64,000 nucleotides of DNA from Podarcis melisellensis (lineage: Eukaryota): the NCBI GenBank assembly GCA_964234715.1, contig OZ174291.1, one strand, 5' to 3'. The translations under genes were made by a program, and so were the position numbers. The notes under the pieces were generated by a model. That model was not told the origin of the DNA. It searched no databases and saw only the letters and a list, made by a program, of their open reading frames with translations. Below, piece after piece: positions 24,521 to 37,499 of the stretch. Numbering within the stretch: position 1 is the stretch's first letter; every line of letters starts with the position of its first letter.

Positions 24521-25035
24521 CTTGAGGAAGAGAAGGTTGAGCTGCAGGAAATCAAGGGATCACCAGTTAACTAAGCACCACATTGTTTGATGTGTTGAAG
24601 ACACATTTTACTGGTGCTTTGCGTTAAGAGCTGCCTATTTCACATCCTTTCCTCCTTCTTGTGACACAGCTGAAATAATTTCCCTATATTCAACTAAGAT
24701 TTGCTTGCTGTATAAAGCATGGGAGAAACATCTGCCTGATGAATGCTGACATGGACCAATTTGTCCAACCAAGAATTCAATAGTGATTCTGCCTTCCTTG
24801 TAAATCCAGGACCAGTTATAGAAAACACTTTAGCATTATGAAATAAAATATGCCAGTTGAGATGCTGAAATCTGGAACACTAAAAAAATCCAGTTTTGAG
24901 ACTGATAGCTTCTGTGCGCGTTCCGTTCAGAATGATTTTGCAAGAGCAGAGCCACTGGAGAACCTGCTCAGAATTTTCGTTTCCCTGCAATGAAGACAAC
25001 AAGAAGAATGAATAAATATTTGGAAACAAGCTTAC

Positions 25036-26342
25036 CTTTGTTGACTATAGGAATTGGTGTGTGGATATTGGATCCAGAGAGTGAATGAAGAACTCCAGGA
25101 TTGTGGTCCTTACATATGGCTCTGTGAACCCTTCGACAATCCATGAGGCACTAATCATGAATGAGAAGTTCTACATTAAACCTTGACGTTGGCCTCCACC
25201 ACACATTATTAGCTGGTGCGTGATCTGTGACTGTATTCACAACCCCTATTATTTATCTATATAAATACAGAAAAAATTAAAACTGCATTCTGCAAGCACT
25301 GTAATTCTCAGGCCAGATGAAGGGGCAGTTATGGGATTTGTTTTAAAACAATTATGCTATGATGAACGGAAATAATGAGAGCTTCTCATTGAGATCCTGC
25401 ACTGTTGTTGTGTTTTTAGCCAGGAAAAATTCTCCAGATCTTCTGACTGTACTTCCTGCCTCAAGCTCAAAGCACCTGACGATTGTATTCCCACGTCTTG
25501 GAATTTGATCCTCATAACACATATTTATCAGCAATTAACAGAAGTCAATAGCATGTGCCATCTTTTATTTTTTATTTTTTTTAAAAGGAGCTGAGCAGGA
25601 CAGTGAATGATAGAAGTTGCACATGTTTTTATTTAATATGTAGCTTTAACAAATGTTCATTACAGTAAAAAATAATTGCTAGACGAACACTTGGGCTCCA
25701 CAGCCTAATTTTCACCTGACATCTGAACCATGCAAAAGCAATTGGCTTGCATCCAGCTGAGTTCTACTTAGAGTAGGCAAACCTAAGTTAGCCATTTCTA
25801 TGGACTTTAATGGGCCTGCTCTGAGGGTGACTAGCAGTGGTTTCAATCCAGTGTCCTTAAAATATCTATCATCCTAAATCATTGTCTTATTAACATCACT
25901 TTATACATGCTGCAGGTTGTACTAAGGAAGAATGGCCTACATGTTGTGTCCACAGCTAAACAACCTGAAAACTAAAATCCTTAGGCATAAGATCTTTCAG
26001 AGAAGCCCATATGATGCCTGTTCATCCAAACATATTTGATTTCAAGTAATACCATAAGTGCCCCCTTTGGACAGAAGGGAGAATTAGAGTGTTACTACTG
26101 CAGAATAGCCTTAATCACCTGACTTCAGGAAGGAAGAATGTGGACACAGTCAAGGATCACGCAGCAGATGATTGTGTGGTAGAGGCCCATATTAAGGTTT
26201 AATGAAGACCTTGTCATCATTGTGTGGTTCATAATTGCTTGCGGAAGGCTTCACAGAGGTGTATATAAAGGCCCCCCATTCAGGAGTTCTTCACTCACTC
26301 ACTGGATCCAACATCCACACCGATTCTGACAACTGAAAAAAG
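25036..26342. promoter_or_regulatory. Divergent promoter region of pair 2 with both first exons
   Basis: TATA-position 25110-25117 (-), TATATAAA 26262-26269 (+), donors 25035 (-) and 26343 (+). Confidence 0.8.
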
Positions 26343-27174
26343 GTAAGTTCACTCCAATTATCTCTTCATTTTTTCAGTTCCAGGAAAGGTACGGTCTTGA
26401 GGATGTAGTCTAGCAGCTCTGGTTTTTCAATGCAACTTGCTCACTATTTATCTTACTCTTGGTGACAAATCTTGGCCTCCTGCCACATGGGGAGTTGTGC
26501 ATGGACAAAAGCTTGATTTCTTAGATTCTAATTCAAATTCAGAATTTACTTCTCTCTTGGAAATGAGGGATTCAAGATCTCAAAACGGTCTCCTGGATAC
26601 AAAACATGTCTTAACTCATTCACAGAGAAGCTAGGATCTTGCCTTCAAGCCTCAATTCTCTCAGAATTTTAGGACTAAAAATTTGCCTACTATCATCTTG
26701 CACCGGATCTAAAATGGAGGGCGGGACAGGGGTTTTCCTGACCAATCACACATTTCATATTGATCTACAACTCTAATGGTTGAATATAATTCATCTGTCA
26801 AACATGTTTGTTCACGAGGAAACCAGCATGGCCTGTGGCTCCCGATGGAGAAGGAGGTGGTTCCTGAAGAATCTGTTGTGCAATTCCTGAAATGGCACAG
26901 CACACCTGACACCTGAGCAAGAATCAAGGATAAATGCGCTAGATAAGCAGAAGGGTAGAGATGCATAGCCAAGACAACAGTGCATCCCATTTTGCTAACC
27001 AAAATGTCCTTTTAGGATCACTCAGAGGGAAACATGATGTGAAAATAATGTCTTTTCTGGTCACCTGAATGCAGAGCCTCTGTCTACAGTGTTTTAATAT
27101 GCCTGAGGATGTTGTTTGCTTAATGGGAAATCCCTTGAATCCTTTCAGCTCCGCCTTCCCTCTCCACCGCTAAG

Positions 27175-27387
27175 ATGTCCTGCTGCTCCAATTGTTGCTG
27201 CTCTCCCTGCTGCTGCAAGTGCTGCTGCTGCCCCTGCTGCTGCTCCTGCTGTCCTAGCTGTTGCTGTGTTCCTTGCTGCTGCTGCTCTTCCCCCTGCTGC
27301 TGCAACTCTTGCGGCTGTGGTTCCTGTGGTTGTGGCTGTTGTGGCTGTGGTTCCTGTTGCTGCTATCCTAAGCAAGGCTGCTGCTGA
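27175..27387 (+). CDS. Ultra-Cys-rich EDC protein, subfamily A copy 2, 70 aa
   Basis: MSCCSN...YPKQGCC, 39/70 Cys; acceptor AG 27147-27148; AATAAA ~27640. Confidence 0.9.
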   Translation: MSCCSNCCCSPCCCKCCCCPCCCSCCPSCCCVPCCCCSSPCCCNSCGCGSCGCGCCGCGSCCCYPKQGCC

Positions 27388-28572
27388 AGAAGTTCAGTGA
27401 AGGGTTGAGAGCTGCTGCCTCCTCCATGCTGGTGGACTCCTTGGATTCATCTCTTCCTGTGCCTTAAGTTTATTCCTGCCTCCTTCTACAACCCTGGATG
27501 CTTCTCATCTCCTTCTTACTTTGCTTTGTTTTCCTTCAAGGAGGCATGCCAGTTGTCTTCTCTTTATCACCTTAGTTGTCTAGGGAGTCACTCCTTGAAT
27601 AACTCGTCTGTGAAAAGAAAACCTTTCCCGGTGGCAATTAATAAAAAATCTAAAGCATGGTACATAGCCTTGTTGTGTTCCTTTGCCTTGAGATGCATAA
27701 AACGGCATAGATCCCCAAACAGGTGATCTGCTTTGCATTCAGGATCACTGACTGAGCTCCTCGGGAGCATATCTCCATCTCACATACAATATTGGAAAGG
27801 GGGCCATATCTCATTGGGAGAGCACATGCACGGCACCCTGTCAGGGCTGTTTCAGCTGCGGTTCAGCACTGAGACTCAGAGAGGATCAGTAAAGTTAATT
27901 CTCAATTCGAGATATAAAACACAAACAAGAGATCTCCACTGGCAGGACTAGCCTGATGAAAGTTGCCAGAACTGAGGATCTGAGCCTCCCAAGTCTCTTC
28001 CCCAGCTAGCTGCCTTCCTAACCATCACAAATGCATTTGAGGAGAGGTTCTCTGCACCTTTCGGTATGCTGCATGTAACACCCTCCTCATTCATGTAGAC
28101 AGGGGAGGAGGAGAGGGGAAAATAGTGGAACTGGCAGGTTGCTATGGATCTGTCAGAGCCTCAGCCCCTCCTCTTTCTCAGCTGCCTTACTCTAACGTAA
28201 AACTGTGGCTTGCTCAGCCTCCAGCCTGTCTGTCCCCCTTCTTTCTCTGAACTGTCCTGTATCCCACCATCATTGTCCTGGCTCAGAGGCTTCCACCTCT
28301 GATGTTCCCCTGGTGGTGGTGTGGTGGTGGGTGTTTCCCACTGGCTGTAGCCTTGCACCATTCCTCCTCATCTAGCCAGGCCCTGATACACATGTAACAT
28401 CCGAGGATTACAAGCTGTTATCTCTTCTTGAGCAAATGGATGTAAGGAGGATGGGGAGAAGCGATTCCCTTTGTGGTGGTGTTTGCATGAGGCTCTCTCG
28501 TGCAAACCTCATTGATTGGATGCCTATGAAAGGGAAGAGATTATACTCTGAAGTGCATCATTTTGAGTGCTA

Positions 28573-29147
28573 CAGAACCGCCTCTCCTGGTACGCCCCAC
28601 AGAGGACCTTAAGGTCCATGAATAATCATAGTTTAGAGGTCCCGGGCCCTAAGGAAGTCAGATTATTCTCCACCAGGGCCAGGGCCTTCTCAGTGATGGC
28701 TCCGACCTGGTGGAACGCTATGTCCCATGAGACTAGGGCTCTGCAGGATTTAACCTCCTTCCGCAGGGCCTGTATGACAGAGCTACAGTGTCCAGCTGGC
28801 TTTCAATTTGAACTTAGCCTGACCTTTTATTCCCCTTCCTTCCCTCCCCTCCCCTTTTTCCACTCTGGGATCCCACAGCTAATTCTCCCCTGGTCCCCCC
28901 ACTGGCCCAAATCGGACTAATTTAGCCAGCCAGCCCTGGTGATCATCTAATGTTTATTGGATGGATTTCCCCCCTAAATTGATTTTTGAATTCTGAATTT
29001 ATTGTTATTCCCGTTTTATATTGTATTTTATGCTGCTTTTTGTTGCATCAATTAAGTGTTTTAAATTTGTTGTTAGCCGCCCTGAGCCCTGTTTTATGAA
29101 CCGGGAAGGGCGGGGTATAAATAAAAATCTATTATCATTATTATTTA
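28573..29147 (+). mobile_element. L2 LINE 3' fragment
   Basis: Y.P.R.LRS...RAFSV.APTWWN motif in ORF 28567-28920, GCCGCCCTGAG...GGGCGGGGTATAAAT 3' end, (TTA)n tail; empty site at ~46600. Confidence 0.85.
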
Positions 29148-29509
29148 TTACTTGTGGATCCAAGGCTAATGTATTTTGATAACATTGAAGATAGCAACTG
29201 ATCTGACCACCCCTCCTCCTCCAAGATCTCCTCTCTTAGCTCATGGATTTCTTCACCCATATATATGAATTCTGCATCCCACTAGGAAGTGAACTATACT
29301 CTAAGTTCATCAACACTGCGGTCCTAAATGAATCCATACTTCAGTGGGATATCCTAGCTTTCTTTGCAGCAATCACGAGACCCTTGGCAAAAGACGAGCT
29401 TTTGATAGACCTCCTTGGGACCTTAACTCACTCTGTCCATCACAGCTGTGAGTCTAGGATTGTCCTTTGATTCACTAATATATCAATTTTTTGCATAAGT
29501 GCTGTCATA

Positions 29510-29772
29510 ACCTTGTTGTCTAGTATGAGAAACAAGATTCAATATGACATTCTCTGAGTGAGTGAAGAACTACCAGGTGGGGGACCTTCTTATGCAGCTC
29601 TGCGACTGCTCCCCCTAGTAGTGAGCCATTACTCAATAATGCTCATGTCTCCATTAAAAAACGGCATTGGCTTCCACTACAACACCATCTGGTGTATGAG
29701 CCTTGACTGTGCACACACCCTTCATTAGAGCTGCTTCTTTGTAGCTCACCTTGTAATTCTCACCCCCTAGCC
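29510..29772 (-). pseudogene. Orphan promoter/exon-1 relic of a third paralog type
   Basis: Reverse complement of 45975-46237; CATAAGAA at the TATA position, GTTCTTCACTCACTCA, AAG|GT; no coding exon found downstream. Confidence 0.55.
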
Positions 29773-30240
29773 ACTGATTTCTTTAGATCCCTCCAACTTT
29801 TCTTTCTTGTTGGTATTGTTTGCATTTGTGCCTTCCATATTTCAGCTTTAGGCAACTCCCATCCCTCCTGGACTATCTTCTCTTTGAGTTTTTTCTGACC
29901 ATGGGATCTCACTCAGCAGTTACTTAAGCTTTTTGAAATCAGCACTCTTAAATCCAGAGTAGATATCCAAATAGATCCAGATTTCACTTGTCTCTGTATC
30001 ATGAAACCCAAGAGGACATGACCACTTCCTCCGAAGGTCCCCAGTACTTCTAATTCAGTGATGAATTCCTGCCAATTGGTAAGGACCAGGTCCAACATAG
30101 ATGATCCCCTTATTACTTCTTTCTCCTTCTGGGCAATGAAATGATCAGCGAAGCAACAGAGAAATTTGTTGCAAATTATATTCTTGGGAGTGTGTGAGTT
30201 TCAACAGGTATCCAAAAGCCTCCTCTCATCCTAATTTAGG
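29773..30240 (-). mobile_element. Degenerate CR1 fragment
   Basis: LDLVLTN...LG..GSGH (endonuclease C-terminal motif); paralogous pieces at ~39000-39240, 52000-53340, 59500-60590. Confidence 0.75.
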
Positions 30241-30542
30241 TAAAAGATTCACCGAACTATAAGAGATGCTTTTCCATTTTATTTGTTGCCGTGAAAGCAG
30301 GTAGATTCTACAGCAGCAGAAGGTTTACAAATGTAGCAGAGATAGAAAAGAGATAGAAAAGAGAAAGAGTTGCTGCCTTCCTTGTTAGAGATGGCTCCTG
30401 GGCTAATGACCGAGTGAATCAGGAAGATGAGTGCAAGGAGTCAACCAGCAGCCTTGAAGCCAGAGCTCCTGGTGGTGGAATTATTCCTTGTGCTGTATGC
30501 TGGAGACTCCCTGTTTGCATTCAGAGCTTCCCTTGGGGTTCT

Positions 30543-30830
30543 TCAGCATTTGCAGCCACAGCAGGAAGACCCACAGCACCCGGAACCACAGGAGGGGGAA
30601 CAGCAGCAGCAGGGGGAGCAGCAACAGCTGGGGGAACAGCAGCAGCAAGGGGAGCAGCAACACTGTTTGCAACAACAGGGGGAGCAGCAACACTGCTTGC
30701 AGCAACAGGGGGAGCAGCAACACTGCTTGCAGCAACAGGGGGAGCAGCAACACTGCTTGCAGCAACAGGGGGAACAGCAGCACTGCTTGCAGCAGCAAGG
30801 AGAGCAGCCACACTTGCAACAGCAGGACAT
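30543..30830 (-). CDS. Ultra-Cys-rich EDC protein, subfamily B copy 3, 95 aa (short C-terminus)
   Basis: 5x [10 protein letters not shown], 53/95 Cys; donor 31344-31345, TATATAAG ~31420-31427. Confidence 0.9.
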   Translation of the reverse strand: MSCCCKCGCSPCCCKQCCCSPCCCKQCCCSPCCCKQCCCSPCCCKQCCCSPCCCKQCCCSPCCCCSPSCCCSPCCCCSPSCGSGCCGSSCCGCKC

Positions 30831-31345
30831 CTTGAGGAAGAGAAGGTTGAGCTGCAGGAAATCAAGGGATCACCAGTTAACTAAGCGCCATATTGTTTGA
30901 TGTGTTGAAGACACATTTTACCGGTGCTTTGCGTTAAGAGCTGCCTATTTCACATCCTTTCCTCCTTCTTGTGACACAGCTGAAATAATTTCCCTATATT
31001 CAACTAAGATTTGCTTGCTGTATAAAGCATGGGAGAAACATCTGCCTGATGAATGCTGACATGGACCAATTTGTCCAACCAAGAATTCAATAGTGATTCT
31101 GCCTTCCTTGTAAATCCAGGACCAGTTATAGAAAACACTTTAGCATTATGAAAAAAAATATGCCAGTTGAGATGCTGAAATCTGGAACACTAAAAAAATC
31201 CAGTTTTGAGACTGATAGCTCCTGTGCGCGTTCCGTTCAGAATGATTTTGCAAGAGCAGAGCCACTGGAGTACCTGCTCAGAATTCTCATTTCCCTGCAA
31301 TGAAGAAAACAAGAAGAATGATTAAATATTTGGAAACAAGCTTAC

Positions 31346-32652
31346 CTTTGTTGACTATAGGAATTGGTGTGTGGATATTGGATCCAGAGAGTGAATGAAG
31401 AACTCCAGGATTGTGGTCCTTATATATGGCTCTGTGAACCCTTCGACAATCCATGAGGCACTAATCATGAATGAGAACCTCTACATTAAACCTTGACGTT
31501 GGCCTCCACCACACATTATTAGCTGGTGCGTGATCTGTGACTGTATTCACAACCCCTATTATTTATCTATATAAATACAGAAAAAATTAAAACTGCATTC
31601 TGCAAGCACTGTAATTCTCAGGCCAGATGAAGGGGCAGTTATGGGATTTGTTTTAAAACAATTATGCTATGATGAACGGAAATAATGAGAGCTTCTCATT
31701 GAGATCCTGCACTGTTGTTGTGTTTTTAGCCAGGAAAAATTCTCCAGATCTTCTGACTGTACTTCCTGCCTCAAGCTCAAAGCACCTGACAATTGTATTC
31801 CCACGTCTTGGAATTTGATCCTCATAACACATATTTATCAGCAATGAACAGAAGTCAATAGCATGTGCCATCTTTTATTTTTTATTTTTTTTTAAAGGAG
31901 CTGAGCAGGACAGTGAATGATAGAAGTTGCACATGTTTTTATTTAATATGTAGCTTTAACAAATGTTCATTACAGTAAAAAATAATTGCTAGACGAACAC
32001 TTGGGCTCCACAGCCTAATTTTCACCTGACATCTGAACCATGCAAAAGCAATTGGCTTGCATCCAGCTGAGTTCTACTTAGAGTAGGCAAACCTAAGTTA
32101 GCCATTTCTATGGACTTTAATGGGCCTGCTCTGAGGGTGACTAGCAGTGGTTTCAATCCAGTGTCCTTAAAATATCTATCATCCTAAATCATTGTCTTAT
32201 TAACATCACTTTATACATGCTGCAGGTTGTACTAAGGAAGAATGGCCTACATGTTGTGTCCACAGCTAAACAACCTGAAAACTAAAATCCTTAGGCACCA
32301 GATCTTTCAGAGAAGCCCATATGATGCCTGTTCATCCAAACATATTTGATTTCAAGTAATACCATAAGTGCCCCCTTTGGACAGAAGGGAGAATTAGAGT
32401 GTTACTACTGCAGAATAGCCTTAATCACCTGACTTCAGGAAGGAAGAATGTGGACACAGTCAAGGATCACGCAGCAGATGATTGTGTGGTAGAGGCCCAT
32501 ATTAAGGTTTAATGAAGACCTTGTCATCATTGCGTGGTTCATAATTGCTTGCGGAAGGCTTCACAGAGGTGTATATAAAGGCCCCCCATTCAGGAGTTCT
32601 TCACTCACTCACTGGATCCAACATCCACACCGATTCTGACAACTGAAAAAAG
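31346..32652. promoter_or_regulatory. Divergent promoter region of pair 3 with both first exons
   Basis: TATA 31420-31427 (-), TATATAAA 32572-32579 (+), donors 31345 (-), 32653 (+). Confidence 0.8.
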
Positions 32653-33483
32653 GTAAGTTCACTCCAATTATCTCTTCATTTTTTCAGTTCCAGGAAAGGT
32701 ATGGTCTTGAGGATGTAGTCTAGCAGCTCTGGTTTTTCAATTCAACTTGCTCACTATTTATCTTACTCTTGGTGACAAATCTTGGCCTCCTGCCACATGG
32801 GGAGGTGTGCATGGACAAAAGCATGATTTCTTAGATTCTAATTCAAATTCAGAATTTACTTCTCTCTTGGAAATGAGGGATTCAAGATCTCAAAACGCTC
32901 TCCTGGATACAAAACATGTCTTTACTCATTCACAGAGAAGCTAGGATCTTGCCTTCAACCCTCAATTCTCTCAGCATTTTAGGATTAGAAATTTGCCTAC
33001 TATCATCTTGCACAGGATCTAAAATGGGGGGCGGGACAGGGTTTTTTTCTGACCAATCACACATTTCATATTGATCTACAACTCTAATGGTTGAATATAA
33101 TTCATCTGTCAAACATGTGTGTTCATGAGGAAAGCAACACGGCCTGCGGCTCCCGATGGAGAAGGAGGTGGTTCCTGAACAATCTGTTGTGCAATTCCTG
33201 AAATGGCACAGCACACCTGAACGGAGCAAGAATCAAGGATAAATGTGCTAGATAAGCAGAAGGGTAGAGATGCATAGGCAAGACAATACTGCATTCCATT
33301 TTGCTAACCAAAATTTACTTTTAGGATCACTCAGACGGAAACATGATGTGAAAATTATGTCTTTTCTGGTCTCCTGAATGCAGAGCATCTGTCTACAGTG
33401 TTTTAATATGCCTGAGGATGTTGTTTGCTTAATGGGAAATCCCTTGAATCCTTTCAGCTCCGCCTTCCCTCTCCACCGCTAAG

Positions 33484-33696
33484 ATGTCCTGCTGCTCCAA
33501 TTGTTGCTGCTCTCCCTGCTGCTGCAAGTGCTGCTGCTGCCCCTGCTGCTGCTGCTGCTGTCCTTGCTGTTGCTGCACTCCTTGCTGCTGCTGCTCTTCC
33601 CCCTGCTGCTGCAACTCTTGCGGCTGTGGTTCCTGTGGTTGTGGCTGTTGTGGCTGTGGTTCCTGTTGCTGCTATCCTAAGCAAGGCTGCTGCTGA
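33484..33696 (+). CDS. Ultra-Cys-rich EDC protein, subfamily A copy 3, 70 aa
   Basis: 41/70 Cys with a CCCCCC run; intact splice sites and AATAAA ~33959. Confidence 0.9.
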   Translation: MSCCSNCCCSPCCCKCCCCPCCCCCCPCCCCTPCCCCSSPCCCNSCGCGSCGCGCCGCGSCCCYPKQGCC

Positions 33697-34671
33697 AGTT
33701 CAGTGAAGGGTTGAGAGCTGCTGCCTCCACCGTGCTGGTGGACTCCTTGGATTCATCTGTTCCTTTTGTCTTAAGTTTATTCCTGCCTCCTTCTACAACC
33801 CTGGATTCTTCTCCTCTCCTTCTTACTTTGCTTTGTTTTCCTTCAAGGAGGCATGCCCATTGTCTTCTCTTTATCACCTTGGTTTTCCAGGGAGTCACTC
33901 TCCTTTCATCTCTTTGAATAACTCGTCTGTGAAAAGAAAATCTTTCCCGGTGGCAATTAATAAAAATTAAAAAGCATGGTACATAGCTATGTTGTTTTCA
34001 TTTGCCCTGAGATGCAGAATGTGGCAAAGATCCCCAAACAGGTGATCTGCTTTGCATTCTGTAAGTATCTCCAGCTGAGGAGATCCCAGCCTAGACAGGA
34101 TCACTGGCTGAGTTCCTGGGGAGCATATCTCCACCTCAGGTACAATATTGGAAAGGGGACCGTATCTCATTGGGAGAGCACATGCATGGCACCCTGTCAG
34201 GGCTGGTTCAGCTGCAGTTCAGCACCACTAAAGTGGCATATTCATGACTAAGTAGCAATGGAGATGTCTTTCAAGCACAGCACATCCAATTATCTCCTTT
34301 GGCTATATCCACACCTTTCATTAAAATGACAAGTGAGTTGGAAAGAAGACAAAGTCCTCACCAGAGAAGAATAGCAACCAAGCTGATGGAATGCAGTAAG
34401 ATGGCAAAGCTGACTGGAAAACCCAGAAACCAAGAGGATAAAAGCTTTATAAAAGAATGGGGGAAATGTCTAAGTTATTTAGGAGACCAATGTAAACAGA
34501 TGGAAACAAGAGCAGGATTCTGTCTCACTGGTAGTGTAAAAGAATATTAAGGACAATATGGTTTGATATAAAAATTGGAGTATGGATGCAGTTGTAGGCG
34601 CTCAAAACAAGACTCCATGGAGGGATGTCTTGAAATTTAGAGAATCTCCTTATACAGAGATGTTCTTATTA

Positions 34672-35028
34672 AAGTAAAGGTAAAGGAACCCCTGACCATT
34701 AGGTCCAGTCGTGACCAGCTCTGGGGTTGCAGCGCTCATCTCACTTTATTGGCCGAGGGAGCCGGCGTACAGCTTCCGGGTCATGTGGCCAGCATGCCTA
34801 AGCTGCTTCTGGAGAACCAGAGCAGCACACGGAAACACCGTTTACCTTCCCACTGGAGTGGTACCTATTTATCTACTTGCACTTTGACGTGCTTTTGAAC
34901 TGCTAGGTTGGCAGGAGCAGGGACCGAGCAACAGGAGCTCACCCTGTCGTGGGGATTCGAACCGCCGACCTTCTGATCGGCAAGTCCTAGGCTCTGTGGT
35001 TTAACCCACAGCGCCACCTGTGTCCTGC
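34672..35028 (-). mobile_element. Sauria SINE
   Basis: (AAAGGT)n tail on plus strand, 12-bp TSD ATGTTCTTATTA; empty site at ~63050. Confidence 0.9.
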
Positions 35029-35063
35029 ATGTTCTTATTAGTTTGTGTTTATTTGTACTTTGG

Positions 35064-35610
35064 TGTGATGGCCTGGGAATCCACTTCAGAGGCTGAACCG
35101 GAGGAATCCCAGCCTGCACAGGAGTCCCCACCTCCAGGGCCGGCTGAACTGGGGCAGGGCCTTGATTCTGAAGTGCCTGCACCTGTGCTGGATCCTCAGG
35201 AGCAGGCACCAGGTGAATCCACTCTTGCTCCAGAGGTGGTTGAGTCTCCCCCTGGGCCCAGTATCCCTTCAGCCTCTCCTGAACTGCAGGGCAGAGAGGC
35301 GAAGGGAACTGGTTTCTCCCAGGAGGAGTGCTCGCCTTAAGGCCAGGAGAGGTGGGTCCCCTGGGGGCCGGGACCGCCCCTGGCCTCAGAGAAGATAAAG
35401 GCCAGTCAGCCCGGTCCCGGGTTGCGGGAGCAACGTCGTTGTTGAGTACCTGTTCCTGCCCGGACCCGGACCTGACCCTCCAGTGTTCCTGTCCCTGCCC
35501 GGCTTCCTGCTTCGGACCTCACCCCGCTCCTTGTGAACTGTTTCCAGGCTAGTGACCCAGGACCGGACTTTGACTACGCCAACGATAACCTTCCCCCCGG
35601 GACCAGCACA
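35064..35610. mobile_element. GC-rich solo LTR
   Basis: TGTG...CACA ends, perfect 5-bp TSD TTTGG; empty site at ~63025. Confidence 0.8.
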
Positions 35611-36861
35611 TTTGGTTTTATAAACCAATAAAAATGATTTATATATAAAAAAGTATAACAGCAATTAATGCAAGAGGAATGTGTATTAAAAAAATCTGAC
35701 TCAGCCTCACCCTACTAAAAGATGAGCAGAATATTAAGGTCCGATAGTGTAGGTGAATGAAAAAAATATTTGCCTAAAAGCAAATAGTGATGGTGACAGG
35801 GATGCCTCCTTGGGGAGAGCATTTCACATAGGGAGAGCCGCCACTGGGAAGGCCTATTCTTATGTCTCCACCCTCCACAGCTAGCTCAGGGTGGGGGTAC
35901 ATGGAGAAGGCCGTCAGGTGATGGACGCAGGGTCTGGTTTCAGTCATGCGGGCAGAGGCACTCCTTGAGATACTTGAGTCCTTTATTGCATGGTTGCCAG
36001 GAGCACATTTCTGGAGCAGGGCAGCTATAAATCACACAGCGTAAGTAAAGTTAACTCTTTATTGGACGAAACAAGGAAGTTGTGGTTGGTTCACAGCAGA
36101 TCTCGTGATTCCTTGTAGATCTGCCACCTCTCCATTTGGCAGGTATGCTTTCTGGAATGAGCCAGCTCAAAGTGAGGGTGTTGTGAGCAGGGCTATCTAA
36201 CCCCCCCCCCAACCATTCCTCCAAGACAGCGGCAGGACTTGGCCAGGAAGGGGGAGAGATCTCTAGTTGTTGCAAATCACAAGCCGAACAGTAAACCTGC
36301 CACCACCTCCTTTCCTGGACCACCCTTGAATGGGGTTCAAGGAGTCACTTTACCGTGACGCAGACAGAAATTCAACAGGTAGAAGTCCAAACGGTAAGGC
36401 ACCAGTTTAGCTTGCCCTAGCAAGGCACAGAGTACAAAAGACAAAAAACCCTTTCCCAAGTTTATTGAAAAAGCCACTCAAAAAGTTGCACATTTCTTAG
36501 GTTACAATTTTTTTAAAAAAACATTGTAAAATATAACTAGCTAAAACCATACTCACACAGCAACAATAGTTCAAAGCAGAGGGAGTAGTCAAGTGTCCTT
36601 TCACTGGTCAAACACTCCCAGGCAAAGTACCAGGGCAAGATATTCTGCCCTTTGCATCTGAATTCCCAAATCCTTTATCCTTGAAAACCCATGTGGAGGA
36701 TAGGTTAGGGACCAATCATTTCTTTAGGTTAATTACCAATGGCTGTATGATGAGACTATATCTCCTGATTGCCAGGAGACCAGCACAGCTGAACTTTGTT
36801 TAGACTCAGAGACATTAAGATCAAAAGGCTCTTCCTCCATTCCCAGGCCTCTCTTACACAT

Positions 36862-37217
36862 AGGTAAAGGTAAAGGGACCCCTGACCATTAGGTCCAGTC
36901 GTGACTGACTCTGTGGTTGCGGCGCTCATCTCGCTTTATTGGCTGAGGGAGCCAGCGTACAGCTTCCGGGCCATGTGGCCAGCATGACTAAGCCGCTTCT
37001 GGCGAACCAGAGCAGCGCACGGAAACGCCGTTTACCTTCTTGCTGGAGTGGTACCTATTTATCTACTTGCGCTTTGACATGGTTTTGAACTGCTAGGTTG
37101 GCAGGAGCAGGGACCAAGCAACGGGAGCTCACCCCGTCATGGGGATTTGAACCGCCGACCTTCTAAGCGGCAAGTCCTAGGCTCTGTGGTTTAACCCATA
37201 GCGCCACTCCGTGTCCC
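36862..37217 (-). mobile_element. Sauria SINE
   Basis: AGGTAAAGGTAAAGGGACCCCTGACC tail, ...GCGCCACTCCGTGTCCC head; approximate TSD CTCTTA(C/T)AC. Confidence 0.9.
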
Positions 37218-37499
37218 CTCTTATACGTACCAGGATCCTAAATTGTAAATTACTTGATATCCTCCTGTGCCTATTTTACAACCCAATCCACACTCAGGCC
37301 CCCAGCTGTGCCAGGGTCTGCAAATCAGATAATACGTCATCCTGCCTAGAGTCAAGTGGTAATTGACTCACACTTCTAGAGACAGGGAGTTTTACGTTTA
37401 GAGAGACAAAACACCCATTCCATAGAAGGCCACAATTCTATCTCTCCCACCATGCCTCACTGCTGCGTGAACCAGCGTTTGACATACTAAGATTTCCCA

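Larger units (their letters stand above)
24163..27870 (+). repeat. Direct duplication unit (partner ~30413-34226, offset ~6.3 kb)
   Basis: Introns and promoter spacer are near-identical between pair 2 and pair 3. Confidence 0.9.
14853..29772 (+). repeat. Left arm of large inverted segmental duplication (partner ~45975-58937)
   Basis: Collinear reverse-complement matches of genes, introns, CR1 fragments and the hAT at 20094-20326; boundaries approximate. Confidence 0.85.
34330..35695 (+). mobile_element. L1-like LINE 3' fragment, interrupted by a SINE and a solo LTR
   Basis: KLM...KMAKLT..R......F.KEW...LSYL C-terminal ORF2-like peptide, AATAAA and A-rich end; uninterrupted inverted copy ~62940-63390. 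Confidence 0.6.

Noticed and set aside
27952-27975. CTGATGA motif as another hammerhead
   Set aside because: No stem II/GAAA/stem III arrangement follows
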